From the NCBI GenBank assembly GCA_050633305.1, contig JBOEGF010000004.1, positions 256,001 through 320,000 on the forward strand: DNA of 64,000 nucleotides, read 5' to 3'. Position 1 is the stretch's first letter, and every line of letters starts with the position of its first letter. Below, piece by piece: positions 39,296 through 46,898 of this stretch. A program made the translations under genes and the position numbers. Below the pieces are notes generated by a model, which worked only from the letters and a program-made list of their open reading frames with translations, had not been told where the DNA came from and searched no databases. Source of the DNA: Nannocystales bacterium (GTDB taxonomy: Bacteria > Myxococcota_A > Polyangia > Nannocystales > Nannocystaceae).

Positions 39296-39790
39296 TTAGC
39301 AAGCCGGAGGCGAGAACAGGACCAACGTGTTTCCATAGCCGCAGGTTTGCGCTGCGTTGACCGGATGGGCTCCGTTCCATACCTCGGCGGTGACGCAGCT
39401 CTTCTCCGCACTGTCGAACGTGTTCAGCAGGGCGCCTTGCTCGTAGACCCGCAGACTCGCCATCCCCCCGGTCGCACACCCGGCGCCGGGTGGGACCCAG
39501 TAGTTGGAGGGCAGGGTGACCGGCGGCGTTGAGTAGTGGTACAGGGACGGGTTCGCCCACACGGGGCCCGTCGATGACGTGGTCGTCATGGCATGGATCG
39601 TGTCGTAGCTGTTGGTTGCGAAGTTGAACGCCTGGACCGTGATCGTCTTGCCGCCACCTTGGGCCCAGCCTTCGACGTCGAATGGCACGGTCCGGGACTG
39701 CGTGGACTGGTCACTGGGGTCCGTGACGCAGCCCAGGGCCGTCAAGGCAAACAGGAACATCACGGGGCAACGGCTCTCTGAGATTCTCAT
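39296..39790 (-). CDS. Hypothetical lipoprotein (164 aa)
   Basis: Lipobox ALGC; four further Cys in the mature part. Confidence 0.7.
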   Translation of the reverse strand: MRISESRCPVMFLFALTALGCVTDPSDQSTQSRTVPFDVEGWAQGGGKTITVQAFNFATNSYDTIHAMTTTSSTGPVWANPSLYHYSTPPVTLPSNYWVPPGAGCATGGMASLRVYEQGALLNTFDSAEKSCVTAEVWNGAHPVNAAQTCGYGNTLVLFSPPAC

Positions 39791-39977
39791 TTGCGCGTGT
39801 CAGTGCGCTCAGCCGAGAATTTGTTCCCATCTTTCGCGCACCCAAGCTCTGCCGCATCCCAGGCCAGACAGGCGGGCGATGAAGCCCATGCGCGAGGGCC
39901 ACGGACCTCGAAATGGCACCAAAGCGGGCGCTGGTAGCCGAAGCACGCGTCCTAGCCCCTCCCGCATCACCGATCTG

Positions 39978-40007
39978 TGATTAGACATAATATACATTAT
40001 CGGAAAA
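39978..40007. promoter_or_regulatory. AT-rich patch with inverted repeat ATAAT-N4-ATTAT in a divergent intergenic region
   Basis: tgattagacATAATatacATTATcggaaaa in an otherwise GC-rich sequence, between divergent genes. Confidence 0.45.
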
Positions 40008-40167
40008 GCGTGTGTGCCCGGCTCCGAGGGGGTCCAGCTGCCAGAGTCGACCTGCGTGCAGCCCCTGCCGTTGCGCTCGGACGTCCGCGAGCGTGGAGGA
40101 AAAGTGTACGTCAACGATGCGGAGGTACACATGGTTGCACCGACGGGTCGAACCTAACCTGGCGTGG

Positions 40168-41019
40168 ATGACAGTCCAGCAAACGCTGCGGTCCGCATCG
40201 ACCATCTCCCTGGTCGCCGTCATGATGGCTTGCACTCCACAAGTCGACGCTCAGGGTTCCGGCGTCTCAGGTTCGACGACGGTCCAGAGTTCAGGAAGCT
40301 CGGGATCCGCGCCGTTCTCGGGCTCGGGCTCGGGCTCGGCCGAGTCCGGGACGACACGGAGCCAAGGCTCGACCACGACGCCTGGGGGTACGTATGACGG
40401 CGACGAAACGACGACCGGGTTCGCATCGTCGGACACCACAGAGACCTCCACCGGGACCTCCAGACTCGACTGCGACCCGCTGTGCGAGACTCTGCTCGAA
40501 GGAAGCTGCTTTGAGAGTCGAGGCAGCTGCGAGTTGTCGTGTGAAGAAACGGTTCGAGACCAGGGGCTCGCCGTGGCCCAAGCGTTCGCGTCTTGCGTCG
40601 CCTCCGAGCACCTGTGCTTCTCGCTCGTCGAGGACTGCATGTGGGCCGAGTTGTACGGTACCGACCCCGTGGACCAACTGTACACCTTTGAGGGAGAAGG
40701 ATTCGATGCGTGGAACGGACGTACTGTGTTCGCCCGCGTCACGGGTGGCACCGCGAGTTCAGCGATGGAGTCGGATGTCGTCGTCGGTGGCCAGATCAGC
40801 ATCGAGACCTCCATCAGCACGGCCTTTGAGCGGTTTGGCAACCCGCGGACGGTGTACCTGTTTGTGGACCTGAACGGCGACGGTATCTGCACTGCCGATT
40901 CCGATCATGCGCAAGCAGTCTGGCTCGAGCGCTTGGGCAGCGCATTTTCGACGCCCAACTTCATCATTCCTGGCACGGCGACGAAGCTCTCCTCGGGCGC
41001 CCTCTGCGACCAGTTCTAG
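40168..41019 (+). CDS. Hypothetical lipoprotein with an S/G/T linker and a Cys-rich region
   Basis: ATG 40168, lipobox-like MMAC, Cys cluster, DLNGDG motif. Confidence 0.7.
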   Translation: MTVQQTLRSASTISLVAVMMACTPQVDAQGSGVSGSTTVQSSGSSGSAPFSGSGSGSAESGTTRSQGSTTTPGGTYDGDETTTGFASSDTTETSTGTSRLDCDPLCETLLEGSCFESRGSCELSCEETVRDQGLAVAQAFASCVASEHLCFSLVEDCMWAELYGTDPVDQLYTFEGEGFDAWNGRTVFARVTGGTASSAMESDVVVGGQISIETSISTAFERFGNPRTVYLFVDLNGDGICTADSDHAQAVWLERLGSAFSTPNFIIPGTATKLSSGALCDQF

Positions 41020-41235
41020 GCTCGGCCGGGGTCGGGCGCGGAGGCACGGCGCCCTTCCCTGCGACTCTCGCTGACCAACCCTCGTCCGGAAGGCGCCTCG
41101 GGGTAACATGCCCCTAAAGGTCACCTTGGTTGCTCGTCCAACACGATTGACACCTCGTTGAGGACTTTGCGTGCCGATCTTACCGTGGCTGCGCGGGTCG
41201 TTTTCGGACGATCGGGCCGTGGTAGCGTCGGTTTT

Positions 41236-42477
41236 GTGAACCGGGACAAGTTGGCGGCCATTTCGTTGTCTGTGCTGATACTCGGAGGCTGTTCAGGAAG
41301 CGGCGAGAACGGGGCCGCTGCTACGCAGAGCGACGGCGCGGGCACCGAGGGTACGGGCGGCGGCACGGCGGGGTCCGACACAAACGAGAGCGCTGGACCC
41401 CACAGCGCAACGGGGTCTGCTGGTGGGGGGCCGGTGGACCCCGATCCCGGGACGGAAGGAGACTCGGGCGCAGGGAGTGAAGACACCGGGAATCCCGGCG
41501 GAACGGGCGCGGATCCACAGACCCTCGCCGAGATGTACCCCGGCGACGTCGGGATCGGGTCCGACCCGGCCGTCTTGCTCCACGACGATTTCGAGTCAGG
41601 CTGGGGCCGATGGGATGCCCCCAACGCGGATACCACGTACCTCTCCGTCCTGACCGACGTGGGCCTTGCCAATGCGGGCGAGGCATTCTTGCAGTCCCGG
41701 GTGACCCGGGAGCACCTGGATGAGACCCAATACATCTCGGCCTCGCCGCGCTTTGCCTTCGAGCAGGTGGAGGAAGTGTTCTGGCGGTTCCACGTCCAGT
41801 TCCCCGAAGTTGCACCCAAACCCCACCACTGGGTGAGAGTGGCCGCTGGCAACGACGAATACAACAGCTCGGGACTTGCCAATACCGTGCCTGGCGGGGA
41901 TCAGGGATTCTGGTTCGATCTGGACGTTACCAACAGCGACGTCCTCAATTTTTATAGCTACTGGCACGAAATGCGGTCGGGTCGTTGCAACGACGGGTCC
42001 GCAACGCCCGGGTGTGACGGGGATCAGGGGTCGACCTACTATTACGGGAACGTCTTTCAGCCCAATGCGCAAGAGTCACTGCCAATTGGTGAGTGGGCTT
42101 GCATCGAGATCCATGCAAAGGCAAACGCGGCAGGCGAATACGACGGATCACTCGCGTTCTACGTCAACGACGAACTCGTCGGGGACTACAGAGAAGGCAA
42201 CCCGATCGGAACGTGGCTGCGCGCAACGTTTCATGAGGATGGGTGCGAGTTTTCTGCGTGCACCGATCCTGCACCGTTTGAGGGCTTCAACTTCCGTACC
42301 TCTGAAGCGGTGGGGTTCAAGGGCGTCTTCCTCGACTCATACTATCAACGAGACACGTATGAGAACAAACGCCAGTATCTCCTGGACCAGGGCCTCACGC
42401 CCTCCGAAGAGCAGACGATCTACTACGACGATGTTGTCGTCGCGACCACGCGAATCGGTTGCCGCCAGGAGGCGTGA
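41236..42477 (+). CDS. Lipoprotein with a polysaccharide-lyase-like (beta-jelly-roll) domain
   Basis: GTG 41236, lipobox LGGC; HDDFESG, GEWACIEIHAKAN...DGSLAFYVND and DDVVVATTRIGC. Confidence 0.7.
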   Translation: MNRDKLAAISLSVLILGGCSGSGENGAAATQSDGAGTEGTGGGTAGSDTNESAGPHSATGSAGGGPVDPDPGTEGDSGAGSEDTGNPGGTGADPQTLAEMYPGDVGIGSDPAVLLHDDFESGWGRWDAPNADTTYLSVLTDVGLANAGEAFLQSRVTREHLDETQYISASPRFAFEQVEEVFWRFHVQFPEVAPKPHHWVRVAAGNDEYNSSGLANTVPGGDQGFWFDLDVTNSDVLNFYSYWHEMRSGRCNDGSATPGCDGDQGSTYYYGNVFQPNAQESLPIGEWACIEIHAKANAAGEYDGSLAFYVNDELVGDYREGNPIGTWLRATFHEDGCEFSACTDPAPFEGFNFRTSEAVGFKGVFLDSYYQRDTYENKRQYLLDQGLTPSEEQTIYYDDVVVATTRIGCRQEA

Positions 42478-42628
42478 GACGGCCGAGCGCGCCGAGTGCC
42501 GTGCTTTCGCGTTGCCGATCACCGAGAGCAGGATTCAAGGTGCGCCCAGCGAACCGGTTTGTCTCCCATGCTGGTGTAAGCCGGAGAGTGCCCTTTGTAT
42601 TCCGGTCGAATCCCCGCGCGGAGCGGCG

Positions 42629-42676
42629 ACGGAGTTGTGACGCCCTCCCCCTGGCGGAACGGCGTCACAACTCCGT
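42629..42676. terminator. Perfect 16-bp inverted repeat overlapping the stop of the minus-strand gene
   Basis: acggagttgtgacgcc (42629-42644) and ggcgtcacaactccgt (42661-42676) with a 16-nt loop, between convergent genes. Confidence 0.6.
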
Positions 42677-44842
42677 GAGCACCTGCAGGAGCGCATCGTA
42701 GTCGCCCCCTGGCCCGTTCGCGCGGTCGCTGGCGTCCTGGAACAAGTACGCGGGGTCCCCCTCCTCCACCGATTCGGGGTCCTCGGACTGCAGGTCGGTG
42801 ACCCGCAGGTACGCGGAGGTGTCTTCGAGGAGCGTGCCCGTGGGGTTCTCGAGGAGGTCACCCACGCCATATTCAAAGGCGTACTCGGCGTTGGGCAGGA
42901 ACTCGCTCCATTCCAGGCCCAAGTCCGCGCCGTCGTACCAAAATCCCTTGTACCAACTCTTGTTGTTGGGCCCGGTCCACGACTGGCCCTGAAGCAACAA
43001 CTGACCATTGTGTCGAGAGATGCCCTTAACGCTTTGGAAGCCGACCTCCTCGGTGCCCTTGCCCGTGTAGTACACCGCGCTCCAGTCGAGCTCCCCCTCG
43101 GGGCTGACTTTGAGCAACGCGGCTTCTCCGAACGGAGACAGCCCGGCAACGTGCGTGGAACCGCCTGCGTACAGCGAGCCGTCGATATACTCGATCACTT
43201 GGGCTCGTGTCCTCGAGGAGGGGTTGCCGACGAGTTGTCGATTCCAGACCGCACTGCCGTCCGTGTCCAGGCAGAACATGTGGAACTGGTTCTGAGTACT
43301 GGTGCCACGGGCGAGGCCGCAAACGTTGCCTTCGGCCATGGTCATCGAACGGACCCGTCCACCTGTGAATGCGGTGTCGATGCGCTGGTTCCACTCCAGC
43401 GTGAGACTGGCGCCGTCCAGCCCGGAGAATCCGGCTACGAAGGCCCGGGCCCCCTTCCCCCCCAAGTACAGTGAGTCGCCGTCGACGGCCATCGAGAGCG
43501 CCTCCTGGGAGCCCCCAGAGTCGATCTGGAAGATGTGGCTGAGAATGAGGTCTCCGCTCTCCGCGTCGAGCACCACAATGGGGATACCGGCTCCGACCTC
43601 GTTGCCTCCACCGCTCGCACCACTGAGGATGACCTTGCCGTCGACCACCATCATGGTCTGAAAGTCGGCCTCGTCGTTGGCCTGCGCCGGGAATGCTGAG
43701 TCTGCAACCCACCCGCGGGACCACAGCACATTTCCGTCGGAGTCCATCTTCACGACGTTGGCTCGTGTCATGTCGGAGTTGGCAGACGTCCCAACGTTCG
43801 TGATGATGAACAGATTGTCATCATCATCGAGCGCGACGACGGACGAGGTGCCGAAGTCTCCGGTTTCGTCGGAGACCTGCAGGATCTTTGCATCGACGTC
43901 TGCATCACCGTCGCGGCCTTCGAGCAGCTTGAAGTAGCCCCAGGTCCCGTCTCCGTTTCGCTTGGCGATCGCGGTCGCCTCTGCGAACCCGCCCGGACCC
44001 ACGTTTCGTCCGATCGAATACACGGCGCCGGTGCTGTCCACGATACCCGGCTCGTGTTTCTCGTTGCTCGAGGCACCGACCACTTGACCTTCGAGGTTGG
44101 TCATCGCCCCGAAGCGGACATCTTCGTCGAGCGTGAACGAGGGCGAGAAGTTGAGCAGAGGGTCCTCAGAGCCCCGACCGGTGAAGTTGACGAGGTAGTC
44201 CTCACCTCCCTCCGTCGACAACACCAAGCAGGCGGTGCGGTCTCCACTTGCGGCGGGTTTGAACTCCACCGTGAACGACAGCGGGTTGTCGGCCGTGATC
44301 GTCTGCCCCACGTACTCCTCCTCCGACAGCAGTGAACCGGAGAAGTCGGCGTCGCTGAGCAGCGACCACTCCAGCGCCTCCCCGTCGCCGGTCGGCACCA
44401 CCTGAAGAGCGGTGACGGTGACCGGGTCCTCGCCAGCGAGGAACGCGACCCCGTCTTGAAACATCGAGAACACGGCGACGCTCGCGGTGTCGTTTCCGCC
44501 GAACTGGTAGGTGCTGCAGTGGGCGAAAGAGTCGGCTCCCGCGCCACGTTGGAAGTCCAGTCCCGCGGGCGGTGAGCCTTCGTTGTTCCCGCAGACCTCG
44601 GCGCAAGGGTTCCCAACGATGGGCCCCCCACCGCTCTCGCCGCCCTCGCTCGACGAGTCCAGACCCGTCTCGTCCGTGTCGGTGCTCGAAGTTTCAGGAC
44701 CTGTGCTCGATGCCGCGGTGCCGTCGGTTCCTGCGTCTGCGGCCTCGTCCCCGCCTGAGGATGGGTCGCACCCCAGGAGGCCGACTCCCAGGAGCAGACT
44801 GGCTGCGTACGCGGATGCATGGGAAAGGTGAACCGGAGTCAT
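42665..44842 (-). CDS. Large acidic lipoprotein with an Ig-like domain and a beta-propeller
   Basis: Lipobox LLGC. FTVEFKP...GDRTACL Ig-like segment. Repeated KMDSDGNVLWS, CLDTDGSAVWN and KVSPEGELDWS blades. Confidence 0.78.
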   Translation of the reverse strand: MTPVHLSHASAYAASLLLGVGLLGCDPSSGGDEAADAGTDGTAASSTGPETSSTDTDETGLDSSSEGGESGGGPIVGNPCAEVCGNNEGSPPAGLDFQRGAGADSFAHCSTYQFGGNDTASVAVFSMFQDGVAFLAGEDPVTVTALQVVPTGDGEALEWSLLSDADFSGSLLSEEEYVGQTITADNPLSFTVEFKPAASGDRTACLVLSTEGGEDYLVNFTGRGSEDPLLNFSPSFTLDEDVRFGAMTNLEGQVVGASSNEKHEPGIVDSTGAVYSIGRNVGPGGFAEATAIAKRNGDGTWGYFKLLEGRDGDADVDAKILQVSDETGDFGTSSVVALDDDDNLFIITNVGTSANSDMTRANVVKMDSDGNVLWSRGWVADSAFPAQANDEADFQTMMVVDGKVILSGASGGGNEVGAGIPIVVLDAESGDLILSHIFQIDSGGSQEALSMAVDGDSLYLGGKGARAFVAGFSGLDGASLTLEWNQRIDTAFTGGRVRSMTMAEGNVCGLARGTSTQNQFHMFCLDTDGSAVWNRQLVGNPSSRTRAQVIEYIDGSLYAGGSTHVAGLSPFGEAALLKVSPEGELDWSAVYYTGKGTEEVGFQSVKGISRHNGQLLLQGQSWTGPNNKSWYKGFWYDGADLGLEWSEFLPNAEYAFEYGVGDLLENPTGTLLEDTSAYLRVTDLQSEDPESVEEGDPAYLFQDASDRANGPGGDYDALLQVLTEL

Positions 44843-45029
44843 CGATTCCCCTAACGACGACACAGGCCCGAATCCCTCACCCGAAGCGGCTTATGGGGGA
44901 ATGCTGGAGCACGATCCAGCTCGAGGTGGCGCCACGGACTCGTACTGAAGACGAGCTACTGCGTCGCTTGTGCCATCGGACCACCCAGATGTGGCCTGGG
45001 TCCTCCGCGTCATCGACAAGCCGGGGCGT

Positions 45030-46034
45030 CTAGACGCGACCGTTGGGCGTCCACCAAAACTCGTCACCAACAGCCACCACAGTTCGGATGCTCGGACTCG
45101 GCACGACCTCCTTGATACGCGCGCCGGCTTCAAAAACGAGTATGCTGGCGTGCAGTCCCGACTCGCATGGCGTGTGCTGGCAGGGGGTCGAGATCACCGC
45201 AACACGGTCCGACGTCGCGTCGAGACCCTGGATCGGATGGGCGACTTCCGCGGCGATCGTCGGTTTGCCTCCCGACTTGCTGACTTCCATAACCACGAAC
45301 CGTTGCTCGGACTGGAACCGGTTCTCGGCGACGAGGACGCTCTGCCCTCGGGCGGTCAGGTTCGCCTCGAGCGCGGCTTCGTACAACACCTCAGTCGGTC
45401 CGCCGGATTTCGGTTTTCGCCGCAACTCCCCACTGAGGAGTGTGACCCAGTAGACGTGGGTGCGATCGACGGCGAATCCTCCGAGCGGATCGTCGTCTTT
45501 GCTCGCCTCGACGACTGCCTCTTCGTCACCACCCGTCTTGGGGACGCGCCAAAGACTCGCTTCTTCACGCTCAATGTAGACGTGGGTTGCGTCGACGTGC
45601 AGCTCGGTGATGACATCGGGCGTGGCGTAGAGAAGCTCAGCGCCGCCCCCCTCGACTTCCATTCGGTGGACGCCGTCGTCCTCGGCCCAGTAGACGCCGC
45701 CGCTGTCTACGGCGAGATGGCCAGCCTCTCTGCTGACTTGACCGAGCTTCGTTTGCCCCTCCCCACCCACCTCCTGGCGCATGATCAAACTCCGTTGGCC
45801 CTCCGCCCGAAGCCAGTACAGCCGTGTACCGTCCGTCGTCAGCGCGATGATTCTCTCTGACGCCTCAGGCTTGGTTTCTGCTGGCTCTGGGCGCCAGTCT
45901 TCGGGCGGTGCGGGCGTGGCGTGATCCGCCCGGGGTGTCGGCGGAGGGCTTGGTTCACCACAGCCTGCGAGCAGCGCTGCCAAAACCCCGGCCGATGCCG
46001 CGGAGCCTGCAAAACGGAACCAGATCTGCGCCAT
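45030..46034 (-). CDS. Beta-propeller lipoprotein (repeated LAVDxxxVYW blades)
   Basis: ATG 46034, lipobox LAGC; LTTDGTRLYW, LAVDSGGVYW, LHVDATHVY, FAVDRTHVYW and PKxGG motifs. Confidence 0.78.
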   Translation of the reverse strand: MAQIWFRFAGSAASAGVLAALLAGCGEPSPPPTPRADHATPAPPEDWRPEPAETKPEASERIIALTTDGTRLYWLRAEGQRSLIMRQEVGGEGQTKLGQVSREAGHLAVDSGGVYWAEDDGVHRMEVEGGGAELLYATPDVITELHVDATHVYIEREEASLWRVPKTGGDEEAVVEASKDDDPLGGFAVDRTHVYWVTLLSGELRRKPKSGGPTEVLYEAALEANLTARGQSVLVAENRFQSEQRFVVMEVSKSGGKPTIAAEVAHPIQGLDATSDRVAVISTPCQHTPCESGLHASILVFEAGARIKEVVPSPSIRTVVAVGDEFWWTPNGRV

Positions 46035-46180
46035 GCGCAAACGGTACAACATGCGTGCGTGGCGAAGCGCTCCGCCGACCCCCCGCCAATCGATACGGTC
46101 GCGCGTGAACACCCGGCCGCCGTCCACCCACCCGCGTCGTCTCGCCGTTGGCCCTCGACTGGCCCAGATGCGAGCCCCCC

Positions 46181-46543
46181 TTAGCCGACTGCTCGGACGA
46201 TGTCGGCCCTCAGTCCCTCGACGATCTCGGCGACGGCGGTGCGGTCGCCGGGCTCGATACCCGCTTCGTCCAGGGTCTCGTCCAGCAAGAGCGCAACGAG
46301 GTCGTAGTCGTCATCGCTGATGTTCAGGCCACGATGCGCGGCGCGTAGCGTAGACCCCTTGTACTCCCCAGGACCGCCCAACGCTTTGCAGAAGAACTGG
46401 GTCTGGTGGGTCAGTAGCCGGTTCATATCGGTGCCGACGAAGAAGCGCGCGAGGTCAGACGCGAGGACCCGGTCGTAGAAATCAAGGACGATCGTGTTCA
46501 CGGTCGCGAAACCGCCGTACTTCTCGAACAAAGACACCGTCAT
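46181..46543 (-). CDS. Group I truncated haemoglobin (trHbN/GlbN-like)
   Basis: SLFEKYGG, FYDRVL, HQTQFF, LGGPGEYKG and the proximal His in AAHRGL; 120 aa from ATG 46543. Confidence 0.92.
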   Translation of the reverse strand: MTVSLFEKYGGFATVNTIVLDFYDRVLASDLARFFVGTDMNRLLTHQTQFFCKALGGPGEYKGSTLRAAHRGLNISDDDYDLVALLLDETLDEAGIEPGDRTAVAEIVEGLRADIVRAVG

Positions 46544-46898
46544 CCGTAGGTCTGTGAGGCGAAACCCGTCCCCCTGCCCGGCCAAATCTGGGACACCGGC
46601 CCCGACCACTCGTGCTCAGTCTGCCTAGTGCGCGGCCCAGGGCACCGCGTCGCGCTGGTCCGGGTCGATCGTGAGCGTGCCACCCAGCATTTCGCAGGTA
46701 CGACGATGAGGCCGCCACTCGACTGCCGACATCGTCAAGCATCTCCAGATGCCGCCAAGGGCACGTCCGCGTGTCCAGAACCGATTGACGCCTTCCGGCG
46801 CGCAAGTCACGTTCCGTGGTTGCTTGGACCGTGGAGAAAAAACATGCGGACTCCGGAGTCCGCCACTCATCCTCGGGACCACAGGGGTCGTCCGTCCA

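Noticed and set aside
40315..40340. Short hexamer repeats (tcgggc; also gcggct near 28940-28961)
   Set aside because: They encode SGSG and poly-Ala linkers. They are not CRISPR repeats and have no spacers.
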